64,000 bases of DNA from Lysobacter yangpyeongensis (GCF_042655745.1 NZ_JBHSNM010000005.1:29504-93503); one strand, 5' to 3'. Numbered from the stretch's first letter, positions 41,292-56,268 are shown. Notes: generated by a model from the sequence alone, not told the origin. Numbers and translations: made by a program.

Positions 41292-42173
41292 GTGAGCCCA
41301 CCCCACGCACATCTGCGTGCCGTCGCCTACATGCTGGCCGCGGTGCTGATGTTCTGCCTGATGGATGCGGGCCTGAAGACGCTCAGTGCGCACTATCCGC
41401 CGTTCCAGGTGTCGGCGATCCGCGGCGCCTCGTCCTTGCCGCTGGTGCTGGTGTGGGCGCTGTGGACCGGCGGGGCGCGGACGCTGCTGCGCGTGCGCTG
41501 GTCCTTGCATCTGCTGCGCGGCGCGCTGGGCGTGATGATGATGGCGGGCTTCGTCTTCGCGCTGCGCACGCTGCCGCTGTCGGAGGCGTATTCGATCTTC
41601 TTCGTCGCGCCGCTGCTGATCACGGCGCTGTCGGTGCCCTTCCTTGGCGAACGGGTCGGTCCACGGCGCTGGACCGCGATCGGCATCGGCCTGCTGGGCG
41701 TGCTGGTGGTGCTGCGTCCCTCGGGCGAGGGCGTGCTGAGCCTGGCGGGGCTGGCGGTGCTCGTCGCCGCCTTCGGCTACGCGGTATCGGCGATCACGGT
41801 GCGCCTCATCGCGCGCACCGACAGCACCCAGGCGCTGATGGTGTGGCTGCTGTTCTTCATGGCCCTGGGCGCGGGCGTGCTCGCGATCCCGGACTGGCTG
41901 CCGGTGCGCGGTGTCGATGCCTGGGTCATCGCCGCCGTCGGCATCGCCGGGGCCCTGGGGCAATACGCGATCACCGAGGCCTTCCGCCTCGGCGAGGCCT
42001 CGCTGATCGCGCCGCTCGAATACACCGCGCTGCTGTGGGGCGTGCTGCTGGACGCGACCCTGTGGGGCGTGCTGCCCGATGCGGTGACCTGGCTCGGCGC
42101 CGGCATCATTGTGGCCAGCGGCCTGTACCTGCTGCGCCGCGAGCGCGTGCATGTCGAGGCCGAGCACCCCTGA
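41292..42173 (+). CDS. DMT-superfamily (EamA-like) transporter
   Basis: 10 TM; duplicated EamA-like halves. Confidence 0.8.
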   Translation: MSPPHAHLRAVAYMLAAVLMFCLMDAGLKTLSAHYPPFQVSAIRGASSLPLVLVWALWTGGARTLLRVRWSLHLLRGALGVMMMAGFVFALRTLPLSEAYSIFFVAPLLITALSVPFLGERVGPRRWTAIGIGLLGVLVVLRPSGEGVLSLAGLAVLVAAFGYAVSAITVRLIARTDSTQALMVWLLFFMALGAGVLAIPDWLPVRGVDAWVIAAVGIAGALGQYAITEAFRLGEASLIAPLEYTALLWGVLLDATLWGVLPDAVTWLGAGIIVASGLYLLRRERVHVEAEHP

Positions 42174-42259
42174 GGCGCGGGCGTCCCCCGATCGGGTGAC
42201 CCGTACCCGCGCGCGTTTGCGTAATACCCGGTGCCATCACGCCATAGGAGGCACCGGCA

Positions 42260-43081
42260 ATGCGTTTGAACCCCTATCTGATCACCGCGGGCGCCATGGG
42301 TCTGGCACTCGCCGCGGTATTCGCCCAGGCACGGCAGGCACCGCCGCGGCCCGAGGCCATCGACAGCCACTCGGCCGATCTGGTCTCGCCGCAACTGCGG
42401 CGCGGCCTGAGCCTGAGCAAACCGCTGTCGCCGCGCGCGGACGCGGTCAGCGTCGAAGACGTCGGCGATGTCGACTCGTTCGGTCGCAACCTGCGCTGGC
42501 TGGGCGTGACCCAGGCGGACATCGCGCTGACCACGGACTGCTCGACCTGGACCGGTCCCGGTTGCCAGGTGATCACGCCCGGCGCGCTCACCAGCTTCAG
42601 CTTCACCGACCTCGGCCACATCCGCCTGCCGCCCAAGGCCAGCAAGTCGCTGCTGTGCTACTGGCTCTCGCCGCTGGTGACGGTGAGCTACGACAATCCG
42701 GGCGCGTCGATGGTCAACGGACTGGTGCGCTACAGCCCGACGCTGACCATCGAGAATTCCGTGCTCGACGATCCGGCGCTGATCAATCCGATGACGGGCC
42801 TGCCCTTCGCCGGCCGCCTGGACACCAGCATGACTTCCTCGGAGTTCTACGAGGTGCCGCTGCCGCCGGGCGCGGCGTTCACCCAGCGCAGCCGCGACTC
42901 GGCGGTGTGCATCGCCGGTTTCCTGAGCAAGCGCACGCTGGTCGACAGCTTCGGGCTGACCGAGGCCCAGGCCAATGCGTTCTTCCAGCAGGAAACGACG
43001 GTCCGCCTCAACGTGAGCGGCACCATCAATCACGTCAGCGATGCGAGCCTGATCTTCGGTCTGCGCATCATCGGCGACTGA
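42260..43081 (+). CDS. Secreted hypothetical protein
   Basis: Signal peptide MRLNPYLITAGAMGLALAAVFAQA; unrecognised. Confidence 0.5.
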   Translation: MRLNPYLITAGAMGLALAAVFAQARQAPPRPEAIDSHSADLVSPQLRRGLSLSKPLSPRADAVSVEDVGDVDSFGRNLRWLGVTQADIALTTDCSTWTGPGCQVITPGALTSFSFTDLGHIRLPPKASKSLLCYWLSPLVTVSYDNPGASMVNGLVRYSPTLTIENSVLDDPALINPMTGLPFAGRLDTSMTSSEFYEVPLPPGAAFTQRSRDSAVCIAGFLSKRTLVDSFGLTEAQANAFFQQETTVRLNVSGTINHVSDASLIFGLRIIGD

Positions 43082-43099
43082 GCACCCGGCGATAAGCCG

Positions 43100-43834
43100 T
43101 CAGCGATACAGCCGCTGGCAGTGCCCGCACCAGAAGGCGCGGCGCTGCCGGCGGCCCAGTTTCGCGCGGTAGGACAGGCGCGTCCCGTCGCGCGGGCAGT
43201 GGGTCTTCGCATGCACCTGCCAGTGCCTGCGCAGCACGAAGGCCTTCTTCCATGCGTAGAAGTCGAAGCTGTACTCGCGCGCCTGCTTCACCAGTTCGCC
43301 GCGCTTGCGCGGCGACAGCGCGCCGACTTTGCTTTCGGGATGCACCCGGATGCGGTGCAGCACTTCGTTCTTGATGATGTTGCCGCAGCCGGCGAACACG
43401 TCCTGGTCGAGCAGCACGTCGCAGGCCAGCGCCTCGGGCATGGCGCGCAGCTTGCGGTGGGCCGCGCGCGGGTTCCACTCCGGCGCCATCACGTCCGCGC
43501 TCCAGTCGTAGACGGCATCGAGGTCGCCCTCGATGTACTTGAGCGAGCAGGCGTAGAAATTCAGTTCGCCGCGCGCGAAGCGCAGGCTCAGGCGCGGATC
43601 GGCTTCGCGGCGCTCGTTGATGCGGTAGCTGCCGAACAGCATGAAGTGCACGCGCATCGCGAAGCCATCGAAGCACAGCAGGAAATGCTTGCCCCAGCTG
43701 CGCAGCGCGCGCAGGCGTCGATCGCGCATGCGGGTCAGGTCGAGCCGGCTGTTGCCGGCGACCTCGCGGACCACCTTGCCGGCGAAACCGGCCGCCTGCT
43801 CGCGGAGGATGACGATCGACGGGCCTTCGGGCAC
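43100..43834 (-). CDS. Fpg/Nei-family DNA glycosylase (endonuclease VIII-like)
   Basis: N-terminal MPEGPSI (catalytic Pro2), H2TH region, C-terminal zinc finger CPRDGTRLSYRAKLGRRQRRAFWCGHCQ. Confidence 0.8.
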   Translation of the reverse strand: MPEGPSIVILREQAAGFAGKVVREVAGNSRLDLTRMRDRRLRALRSWGKHFLLCFDGFAMRVHFMLFGSYRINERREADPRLSLRFARGELNFYACSLKYIEGDLDAVYDWSADVMAPEWNPRAAHRKLRAMPEALACDVLLDQDVFAGCGNIIKNEVLHRIRVHPESKVGALSPRKRGELVKQAREYSFDFYAWKKAFVLRRHWQVHAKTHCPRDGTRLSYRAKLGRRQRRAFWCGHCQRLYR

Positions 43835-43856
43835 GGCTGGCGGCCCGGGTCGCGGA

Positions 43857-44051
43857 TCAGCCGCCGGTGCTGGCGCCCAGGGCCGCGCTCAGTGCGGTGT
43901 CGCCGCTGATCAGGTCGCGCCAGCGCAGCTCCTGGCCGTTGCGCCGGCCCTTTTCCACGATCTTCAGGCCGTCGCCGTCGATGGTCAGGGTGTAGGGCTT
44001 CTCGTCGATTTCGATCTCGCGGCGGATGGGCTTGTCGAGCTTGGTGGTCAT
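43857..44051 (-). CDS. Hypothetical small protein (64 aa)
   Basis: ORF MTTKLDKPIRREIEIDEKPYTLTIDGDGLKIVEKGRRNGQELRW...; weak. Confidence 0.35.
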   Translation of the reverse strand: MTTKLDKPIRREIEIDEKPYTLTIDGDGLKIVEKGRRNGQELRWRDLISGDTALSAALGASTGG

Positions 44052-44305
44052 CGCGAAGGCTCCAGCGAAATGAAACGGCGCAGGCAGGCTAGCCCGCAGG
44101 CGGAAAGACTTTGTGAAATACGCATTCAGACACATGCGGCAAACCATGCGCGGGCGTACCGGGCGGCGAAGGGGCGTGGCGGTCGCCCCGCGCAGGGCAG
44201 TCGTACCGGGAATACGAAATCAGTACCGCTCCAGCGGCCGCGTTCCGGTTGGCGCATCCCCGCCCAGCGGACACAATAGGGACTTTCGCGCTTGCGGAGC
44301 CCTCC

Positions 44306-45754
44306 ATGGCTGAGTTGAAGGAAGCACGCGTCCCCGACATCGGGGGCTACGACGACGTGCCCGTGATCGAACTGCTGGTCGCCGTGGGCGACACGGTGAA
44401 ACCGGACCAGGGTCTGGTCACGCTGGAATCCGACAAGGCCACGATGGAGGTCCCCGCGCCGTTCGCCGGCGTGGTTCGCGAGCTCAAGGTCAAGGTCGGC
44501 GACAAGCTGTCCGAGGGCAGCGTGGTGGCGATGATCGAAGCCACCGACGACGCGCCCGCGGCGAAGGAAGAAGCGCCGCGCGCCCAGCCCGTCGCCCAGG
44601 CCGCCACGCCGGCGGCCGAGACCGCGACCCGGGTCGAACCCGTCGCCGTGCCGGCGCAGGCCGACCGCATCGCGCAGCAGTCCATGGTGCGTCAGCCCGC
44701 CTCGCCCGTGCCCACCGCACCGGCGGCCCTCGACAACCGCCCGGGCATCGACCCCGAAGCCGCGCCGCCGCGCACGCCGCCGGTGGCCTTCACCGCGGAC
44801 GAACTGATGCCCGACAAGGTGCCGTACGCGAGTCCCGCGGTGCGCCTGTTCGCGCGCGAACTCGGCGTCGACCTGTCGCAGGTGCAGGGCAGCGAACGCG
44901 GCGGCCGCATCAGCAGGGAAGACGTGCAGAAGTTCGTCAAGTCGGTGATGACCGGCAGCGGCGTCGCCGCGGGCGCACCGGCGGCCGCGGCGGGTGGCGG
45001 CCTCAACCTGCTCCCCTGGCCCAAGGTCGACTTCGCCAGGTTCGGCGAGATCGAGACGCGCGAACTCTCGCGCATCCAGAAGATTTCCGGCGCCAACCTC
45101 GCGCGCAACTGGGCGATGATTCCGCACGTCACCCAGCACGACGACGCCGACATCACCGATCTGGAAGAGTTGCGCGTCGCGCTCAACAAGGAAAACGCCG
45201 CTCCTGATAAGGGCGGGGCCGGCATCAAGCTGACCATGCTCGCGTTCCTGATGAAGGCCTCGGTCGCCGCGCTGCAGAAGTACCCGACCTTCAATGCGTC
45301 GCTCGACGCCAGCGGCGAGAACCTCACGCTGAAGAAGTACTTCCACATCGGCTTCGCCGCCGACACGCCCAACGGCCTGGTCGTGCCGGTGGTGCGCGAT
45401 TGCGACAAAAAGGGCGTGCTGCAGATCGCGCAGGAAACCGCCGAACTGGCGAAGAAGGCGCGCGACGGCAAGCTCGGCCCGGCCGACATGCAGGGCGGCT
45501 GTTTCTCGATCAGTTCGCTGGGCGGCATCGGCGGCACCAAGTTCACGCCGATCGTCAATGCACCGGAAGTCGCGATCCTGGGCGTGTCGAAGTCGGCGAT
45601 CCGGCCCGTGTGGGACGGCAAGCAGTTCGCGCCGCGCCTGATCCTGCCGTTGTCGCTGAGCTACGACCATCGCGTGATCGACGGCGCGGCCGCGGCGCGC
45701 TTCACCGCGTATCTCGCGCAGTTGCTGGGCGACATGCGGCGGGTGCTGTTGTGA
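44306..45754 (+). CDS. aceF: Dihydrolipoamide acetyltransferase (E2) of pyruvate dehydrogenase, single lipoyl domain
   Basis: GGAG RBS; lipoyl motif [13 protein letters not shown]; Ala/Pro linker; PSBD; catalytic C-terminus ...DHRVIDGA. Confidence 0.9.
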   Translation: MAELKEARVPDIGGYDDVPVIELLVAVGDTVKPDQGLVTLESDKATMEVPAPFAGVVRELKVKVGDKLSEGSVVAMIEATDDAPAAKEEAPRAQPVAQAATPAAETATRVEPVAVPAQADRIAQQSMVRQPASPVPTAPAALDNRPGIDPEAAPPRTPPVAFTADELMPDKVPYASPAVRLFARELGVDLSQVQGSERGGRISREDVQKFVKSVMTGSGVAAGAPAAAAGGGLNLLPWPKVDFARFGEIETRELSRIQKISGANLARNWAMIPHVTQHDDADITDLEELRVALNKENAAPDKGGAGIKLTMLAFLMKASVAALQKYPTFNASLDASGENLTLKKYFHIGFAADTPNGLVVPVVRDCDKKGVLQIAQETAELAKKARDGKLGPADMQGGCFSISSLGGIGGTKFTPIVNAPEVAILGVSKSAIRPVWDGKQFAPRLILPLSLSYDHRVIDGAAAARFTAYLAQLLGDMRRVLL

Positions 45755-46398
45755 TGCGCGCCGCCGCACTCGTGATGGCGCTGTTGCTGGCGCCGACCGC
45801 GCAGGCCGACGACGAATGCAAGCTCGCGCTGGGTCGCGGCTGGCCGCCGGCGACGGAGAACTACGGCGCGGCGGTGGAGCAGTTGTTCGCCGGTGGCGCG
45901 CAGCCGGGCTGGAGTTTCACCCTGCTGCCGACCGCGGGCGCCGAAAGCGGCGTGCTGCTGATTCCCGGCAGCGAGGGCGGCGACTGGACCCTGCGTCGCG
46001 CCGTCGCCGACGAGCGCGTCCACTTCTGGGGGCCGACCCGGCTCGAACTGCGCACCGCGCAGACGCCGGAACTCAACGAAGCCCCCATCCCTGCCGCCGT
46101 CGCCACGCGTCTGGTCGCGGACTGGCGCCGCGCGCTGTCGGCCGCCGCGCCCGAAGGCAGCACCGCGCCCTTCGCCGACCAGGACGCCTGGGTCTTCGCC
46201 ATCGGCGACCTGCGCGTCAGCGGCCTGAAGCCGCAGTGCGAACTCGGCGCGCTGCTGCGCGACCAGATCGATCTGCTGGTCGAGGCCAGCGACGAGGGCG
46301 ACGAGAAGCGCGCCAAGCGCTGGCGCCAGCTCGGCGAATCGCTGGACCGCATGCGCGACGTGCTCGACACCATGGGCGCGCCGTCGGCCGCGCCATAA
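45754..46398 (+). CDS. Secreted hypothetical protein embedded between E2 and E3 genes
   Basis: TGATG 1-nt overlap with the aceF stop; signal peptide MRAAALVMALLLAPTAQA. Confidence 0.55.
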   Translation: MRAAALVMALLLAPTAQADDECKLALGRGWPPATENYGAAVEQLFAGGAQPGWSFTLLPTAGAESGVLLIPGSEGGDWTLRRAVADERVHFWGPTRLELRTAQTPELNEAPIPAAVATRLVADWRRALSAAAPEGSTAPFADQDAWVFAIGDLRVSGLKPQCELGALLRDQIDLLVEASDEGDEKRAKRWRQLGESLDRMRDVLDTMGAPSAAP

Positions 46399-46453
46399 AA
46401 CCTTTCGCGCGCGGCGGGTCCGCACGCGCCCCACGCATTGAACGGAAGCGGTC

Positions 46454-48256
46454 ATGGCCAACATCGAACTCAAGGTTCCCGATATCGGCGGTTACGACGA
46501 CGTACCGGTGATCGAAGTGCTCGTCGCCGTCGGCGACGTCGTCAAGAAGGACCAGGGCCTGGTCACGCTCGAATCGGACAAGGCGACGATGGAAGTGCCC
46601 GCGTCCGCCGCGGGACGCATCGTCGAACTGAAGGTGAAGGTCGGCGACAAGCTGTCGGAAGGCAGCGTCGTGGCGATCCTCGAAAGCGAAGAGGCTGGCA
46701 CCGCGCCGGCACCTGCCGCTGCACCGGCGCCGGCCGCCGCACCGCAGCCCGCGCCTGCCGCCGCATCGCCGGCTGCCGCGGCTGCACCCGCCAAGGCCCC
46801 GCAGCCCGCGGCGGCGAGCGGACGCAAGGCCGACGTCGAATGCCGCATGCTGGTGCTCGGTTCCGGCCCCGGCGGCTACACCGCCGCGTTCCGTTCCGCC
46901 GATCTCGGCCTGGACACCGTGCTGGTCGAACGCTACGCCTCGCTCGGCGGCGTCTGCCTCAACGTCGGCTGCATCCCGTCGAAGGCGCTGCTGCATGCGG
47001 CCGCCGTGATCGACGAAGCCGCGCACGCCAGCGACTACGGCATCGACTTCGGCAAGCCGAAGATCACGCTCGACAAGCTGCGCGAATACAAGGACAAGGT
47101 CGTCGGCCAGCTGACCAAGGGGCTGGCGGGCATGTCGAAGCAGCGCAAGGTGCGCGTGCTCGAAGGCGTGGGCACGTTCGTCTCGCCGAACGAGATCGAA
47201 GTGGCCGGCAAGAGCGGCACCCAGCTGGTGCGTTTCGAGCAATGCATCATCGCCGCCGGCTCGCAGGCGGTGAAGCTGCCGGGTTTCCCGTGGGACGACA
47301 AGCGCGTGATGGATTCGACCGACGCGCTGGAACTCGCCGACGTGCCGAAGAGGCTGCTCGTCGTCGGTGGCGGCATCATCGGCCTGGAAATGGCGACGGT
47401 GTATCGCGCGCTGGGTTCGGAAGTGACGGTCGTCGAGTTCATGGACCAGCTGATGCCGGGCGCGGATCCCGACCTGGTCAAGCCGCTCGCCGATCGCCTG
47501 AAGAAGCAGGGCGTCGCCGTGCACCTGCGCACCAAGGCGGCCGGCACCGAGGCGCAGAAGAATGGCCTGAAGGTGTCGTTCGAGAGTGCCGACGCCGGCA
47601 AGCCCGCGTCGATCGAAGCGCAGGTGTTCGATCGGGTGCTCGTCGCCGTGGGGCGCGCGCCGAACGGCAACAGGATCGACGCCGGCAAGGCCGGCGTGAA
47701 CGTCGCCGATCGCGGTTTCATTCCGGTCGACCGGCAGATGCGCACCAACGTGCCGCACATCTTCGCCATCGGCGACATCGTCGGTAACCCGATGCTCGCG
47801 CACAAGGCGACGCACGAGGGCAGGCTCGCCGCCGAAGTCGCCGCCGGCGAGAAGAAGGAGTGGGTGGCGCGGGTGATTCCGTCGGTGGCGTATACCGATC
47901 CGGAAATCGCCTGGGTCGGCGTGACCGAAGCCGAGGCGAAGGCCAAGGGCCTGAAGGTCGGCGTGGGCAAGTTCCCGTGGGCCGCGTCGGGTCGCGCGAT
48001 CGGCCTGGGGCGCACCGAAGGCTTCACCAAGCTCGTGTTCGACGAGGCCACGCACCGCATCGTCGGCGCCGGCATCGTCGGCGTTCACGCGGGCGATCTC
48101 ATCGCCGAACTCGGACTGGCGATCGAGATGGGCTGCGAAGTCGCCGACATCGGCCACACCATCCATCCGCATCCGACCCTGAGCGAGTCGGTCGGCATGG
48201 CGGCCGAGGTCTACGACGGGACGATCACGGATCTCTACATCCCGAAGAAGAAGTAG
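46454..48256 (+). CDS. lpdA: Dihydrolipoyl dehydrogenase (E3) with N-terminal lipoyl domain
   Basis: Second lipoyl domain ([16 protein letters not shown]); FAD motif [10 protein letters not shown]; redox-active [10 protein letters not shown]. Confidence 0.9.
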   Translation: MANIELKVPDIGGYDDVPVIEVLVAVGDVVKKDQGLVTLESDKATMEVPASAAGRIVELKVKVGDKLSEGSVVAILESEEAGTAPAPAAAPAPAAAPQPAPAAASPAAAAAPAKAPQPAAASGRKADVECRMLVLGSGPGGYTAAFRSADLGLDTVLVERYASLGGVCLNVGCIPSKALLHAAAVIDEAAHASDYGIDFGKPKITLDKLREYKDKVVGQLTKGLAGMSKQRKVRVLEGVGTFVSPNEIEVAGKSGTQLVRFEQCIIAAGSQAVKLPGFPWDDKRVMDSTDALELADVPKRLLVVGGGIIGLEMATVYRALGSEVTVVEFMDQLMPGADPDLVKPLADRLKKQGVAVHLRTKAAGTEAQKNGLKVSFESADAGKPASIEAQVFDRVLVAVGRAPNGNRIDAGKAGVNVADRGFIPVDRQMRTNVPHIFAIGDIVGNPMLAHKATHEGRLAAEVAAGEKKEWVARVIPSVAYTDPEIAWVGVTEAEAKAKGLKVGVGKFPWAASGRAIGLGRTEGFTKLVFDEATHRIVGAGIVGVHAGDLIAELGLAIEMGCEVADIGHTIHPHPTLSESVGMAAEVYDGTITDLYIPKKK

Positions 48257-48307
48257 GGCGGCGAAAGATACGCTCTTCTTCCTGCAACGCATCACGCAGC
48301 GAAAGAT

Positions 48308-48478
48308 CCTCTCTTCTCCCCGCCTGCGGGGAGAAGATGCCCGAAGGGCAGATGAGGGGCGGCGAGCGCAGCGAGCCTGCTGTTGCTTTGCCCGCCACGA
48401 GACCCACAAGCCGCTCGCTTCGCTCGCCCTCATCCGGCGCTCCGCGCCACCTTCTCCCCGCAGGGCGTGAGAGGGAAA
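48308..48478. repeat. Degenerate dispersed copy of the ~180-bp palindromic element
   Basis: CTTCTCCCCGCCTGCGGGGAGAAGATGCCCGAAGGGCAGATGAGGGGCGGCGAGCGCAGCGAGC...CTTCTCCCCGCAGGGCGTGAGAGGGAAA. Confidence 0.7.
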
Positions 48479-48812
48479 CGGGTAGGCGGAAAAGGCGAAG
48501 CCCCGGCCTCGGAACCGGGGCTTCGCAGGCCTGCGTTGGGTCGACGAGGAAGAAGCAGGCCTATCGGGTCCGACCCGGGCCTCCCGCGAAGGTTCCGTGA
48601 ACAGCCGGAGTGAATTTTCCGCCCGTTTCCCGGGCCCGAAACCGCCCCTTCCGGCCGCCCCCGGCAAGCCCGCCGACCCGGCGCGACCCCCCGTCTCCCC
48701 AGCCTTTCGCGGTTGCTGCCGAAAAGTTCCCGCTGCTATACTTCCGCGGCTTCGCAGGGCGCTTTTCTGCCCCTCTAGTCCATCCCAATGCTCTCCGTAC
48801 GGAGCCTGTCGC

Positions 48813-50025
<1,213 letters not shown>

Positions 50026-50038
50026 CGCAATCCCGTAA

Positions 50039-50368
<330 letters not shown>

Positions 50369-50467
50369 GCAGGCCGGAGGTGCTGCGCTTCGCAGGGAGC
50401 GCAGCACCGAAGTAGTTCCTGGTGCGGCGTTGCCGCACTGGTTTGAGAAATCCGTCGAGGACGCGTC

Positions 50468-50938
50468 GTGAATATCAACATGACTTTCTTCGGCCAGATG
50501 CTTTCCTTCGCGATCCTGGTCTGGTTCACGATGAAGTTCATCTGGCCGCCGCTGAATGCGGCGCTCGAAGAACGCCAAAAGAAAATCGCCGAAGGTCTGG
50601 CCGCGGCCGACAACAGCCAGCGCGCGCTCGCGCAGGCGCAGGAAACCGCCGAAGGCGAACTGCGCACGGCTCGCGCCAAGGCCAACGAGATCATCGAGCA
50701 GGCCCACCAGCGCGCCAACCAGATCATCGATCAGGCCAAGAACGACGCCATCGCCGAAGCCGCCCGCCAGAAGGCGGTGGCCGAAGCCGAAATCGTCGCT
50801 GCCGCCAACCGTGCCAAGGAAGACCTGCGCAAGCAGGTGTCCAGCCTGGCCGTGACCGGCGCCGAGAAGCTGCTGCGCCGTGAGATCGACGCCAACGCCC
50901 ACAAGGCGCTGCTCGACGAACTCGCCGCCGAGATCTGA
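50468..50938 (+). CDS. atpF: F0F1 ATP synthase subunit b
   Basis: Single TM then long Ala/Glu-rich helix. Confidence 0.85.
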   Translation: MNINMTFFGQMLSFAILVWFTMKFIWPPLNAALEERQKKIAEGLAAADNSQRALAQAQETAEGELRTARAKANEIIEQAHQRANQIIDQAKNDAIAEAARQKAVAEAEIVAAANRAKEDLRKQVSSLAVTGAEKLLRREIDANAHKALLDELAAEI

Positions 50939-50943
50939 GACCG

Positions 50944-51471
50944 ATGAGCCAGGCCCTCACCCTCGCACGTCCCTACGCCCGCGCCGCCTTCGGCATCGCG
51001 CGGGACGCCGGCGACTACGCTTCGTGGTCGAGCGCGCTCGCGTTCGCCGCGCGCGTCGCCGCCGATCCGCAGGTGGCCGAACTGCTCGGCAGCCCGCGCC
51101 TGACGCACGCCGACGCCGTGTCGCTGCTCGCCCTCGATGGCGCCAGCGACGCGCAGCGCAACTTCCTCGCCCTGCTGGCGGACAACCGCCGCCTCGCGCT
51201 GCTGCCGGAAATCGCCGGCCTGTTCGAGGAACTGCGCGCGGAAGCCGAGCGCGTGGTCAAGGCGCGCGTCACCTCCGCGACGGCGCTGGGCGACGGCGAG
51301 CTCGAGGGCATCAAGGCCGCGCTGAAGAAGCGCTTCGGCCGCGACGTGCAGATCGAGACGGCGGTCGACGCCTCGCTGATCGGCGGCGCCGTGATCGACG
51401 CTGGCGACGTGGTGATCGACGGCTCGCTCAAGGGCAAGCTCTCGCGCCTGCAGGGCGCACTCGCAAGTTGA
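50944..51471 (+). CDS. atpH: F0F1 ATP synthase subunit delta
   Basis: OSCP family pattern; position between atpF and atpA. Confidence 0.85.
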   Translation: MSQALTLARPYARAAFGIARDAGDYASWSSALAFAARVAADPQVAELLGSPRLTHADAVSLLALDGASDAQRNFLALLADNRRLALLPEIAGLFEELRAEAERVVKARVTSATALGDGELEGIKAALKKRFGRDVQIETAVDASLIGGAVIDAGDVVIDGSLKGKLSRLQGALAS

Positions 51472-51553
51472 TTTGTGTAGGGCGGGTCTCCCGCCTCTGA
51501 CGCGATTCGAAAAGCTAAACGGCGGGTCGAGACCCGCCCTACAGGAAACTCAG

Positions 51554-53104
<1,551 letters not shown>

Positions 53105-53123
53105 GGCAAATCGGAAAGCAAAG

Positions 53124-53218
53124 GCGGGAATAGGGAAAAGGGAACGAGAGCTCTACGCAGCGTCCAGATCGCAGCGACCTTACGTTCCCCATTCCCGCTT
53201 CATCATTCCCCATTCCCG
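53124..53218. repeat. Palindromic GGGAAT-armed intergenic element (atpA-atpG spacer)
   Basis: GCGGGAATAGGGAAAAGGGAACG...CGTTCCCCATTCCCGC inverted arms around a ~35-nt core. Confidence 0.6.
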
Positions 53219-53248
53219 GTTTTAACAGCGAGCAACGCGAGCAAAACA

Positions 53249-54112
53249 ATGGCAGGCGGACGCGAAATCAAAACCAAGATCAAGAGCGTGCAGAACACCC
53301 GCAAGGTGACGCGCGCGCTCGAGATGGTCTCGGCCTCCAAGATCCGCAAGGCGCAGGATCGGATGAAGGCGTCGCGTCCGTACGCGCGCGCCATGAAGCA
53401 GGTGATCGGCCACCTCGCGCAGGCGAACACCGACTACCAGCATCCGTACCTGGTCGGGCGCAAGGACGTGAAGCGCGTCGGCTACCTGATCGTGTCGTCC
53501 GACCGCGGCCTGGCCGGCGGGCTCAACAACAACATGTTTCGCAAGCTGCTCGGCGAGATCCGCAAGTGGCAGGAACAGGGCGTCGAAGTCGACGTGGTCA
53601 CCGTCGGCCAGAAGGCCTCGGTGTTCTTCCGCCGCGTGAAGGTCAACATGCTCGCCACGGTCACGCACCTAGGCGACACGCCGCGGCTGGAACAGCTGGT
53701 CGGTGTGATCAAGACCATCACCGACGCGTACAGCGAAGGCAAGGTCGACCAGGTCTTCCTGGCCTACAACGACTTCGTCAACACGATGGTCCAGCGCGCG
53801 ACGTTCGACCAGTTGCTGCCGGTGCCGCCAGCGGAAGCGCAGGTCGCGCACCACGACTGGGACTACATCTACGAGCCGAACGAAAAGACCGTGCTCGACC
53901 ATGTCCTGACCCGCTACATCGAGTCGGTCGTGTACCAGGCGGTGCTGGAGAACCTCGCCTCCGAGCACGCCGCGCGCATGGTCGCGATGAAGTCGGCGTC
54001 GGACAACGCCACCAAGCTGATCGGCACGCTGCAACTGGTCTACAACAAGGCCCGCCAGGCGGCGATCACCCAGGAAATCTCCGAAATCGTCGGCGGCGCG
54101 GCTGCGGTCTGA
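53249..54112 (+). CDS. atpG: F0F1 ATP synthase subunit gamma
   Basis: [31 protein letters not shown] canonical gamma N-terminus. Confidence 0.9.
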   Translation: MAGGREIKTKIKSVQNTRKVTRALEMVSASKIRKAQDRMKASRPYARAMKQVIGHLAQANTDYQHPYLVGRKDVKRVGYLIVSSDRGLAGGLNNNMFRKLLGEIRKWQEQGVEVDVVTVGQKASVFFRRVKVNMLATVTHLGDTPRLEQLVGVIKTITDAYSEGKVDQVFLAYNDFVNTMVQRATFDQLLPVPPAEAQVAHHDWDYIYEPNEKTVLDHVLTRYIESVVYQAVLENLASEHAARMVAMKSASDNATKLIGTLQLVYNKARQAAITQEISEIVGGAAAV

Positions 54113-54144
54113 CGACTGCGACTGCACGCGCCACCAACCAGTAA

Positions 54145-55572
<1,428 letters not shown>

Positions 55573-55582
55573 AGCAGGTAAA

Positions 55583-55702
55583 AGCGGGAATGGGGAATAG
55601 GGAAGTGGGAACGAAAGACTCCCGCTCCTGCCTCACTCCCGCTCCGGAAGGCGACCTACGCAAAGCCGTAGCAACGCGTCGTTCCCTCTTCCCCCTTCCC
55701 GC
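55583..55702. repeat. Second copy of the GGGAAT-armed palindromic element (atpD-atpC spacer)
   Basis: GCGGGAATGGGGAATAGGGAAGTGGGAACG...CGTTCCCTCTTCCCCCTTCCCGC with internal CTACGCAAAGCCGTAG hairpin. Confidence 0.6.
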
Positions 55703-55746
55703 TACTCACTCCCGCCTTTCCATCCTGCAGTAACGAGTACACCGCC

Positions 55747-56172
55747 ATGGCCACCACCTTCCGTTGCGACATCGTCAGCGCCGAAGACGAAATCTTCCAC
55801 GGCGAAGCCGAACTCCTCGTCGCCACCGGCGAACTGGGCGAACTCGGCATCGCGCCGCGCCACGCGCCGCTGATCACGCGCCTGAAGCCGGGCAAGGTCG
55901 TCGTGACCCTGCCGGGCGGCGAACAGCTCGACTTCGCCGTGTCCGGCGGCATCCTCGAAGTGCAGCCGCAGGTGGTGACCGTGCTGGCCGACACCGCGAT
56001 CCGCGCGCAGGACATCGACGAAGCCGCGGTGCGCAAGGCCAAGGAAGAAGCCGAGCGCATCCTCGCCAAGAAGGATCCGAAGATGAGCGCGCAGGAAGCC
56101 GAGGCCCAGCTGGCCATGAGCCTGGCACAGCTGCAGGCGCTGGAACGCCTGCGCAAGAACATGAAGCACTGA
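55747..56172 (+). CDS. atpC: F0F1 ATP synthase subunit epsilon
   Basis: [44 protein letters not shown]. Confidence 0.9.
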   Translation: MATTFRCDIVSAEDEIFHGEAELLVATGELGELGIAPRHAPLITRLKPGKVVVTLPGGEQLDFAVSGGILEVQPQVVTVLADTAIRAQDIDEAAVRKAKEEAERILAKKDPKMSAQEAEAQLAMSLAQLQALERLRKNMKH

Positions 56173-56197
56173 GCGCGAACGCCAACGAATTGCGCAG

Positions 56198-56229
56198 AAA
56201 CGCCGGCCCCGTGCCGGCGTTTCCTTTTT
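56198..56229 (+). terminator. Rho-independent terminator of the atp operon
   Basis: AAACGCCGGCCCCGTGCCGGCGTTTCCTTTTTGG. Confidence 0.65.
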
Positions 56230-56268
56230 GGCGCGCGCGCAATGTCGAACGCCCAACTCGCGCTGCGC

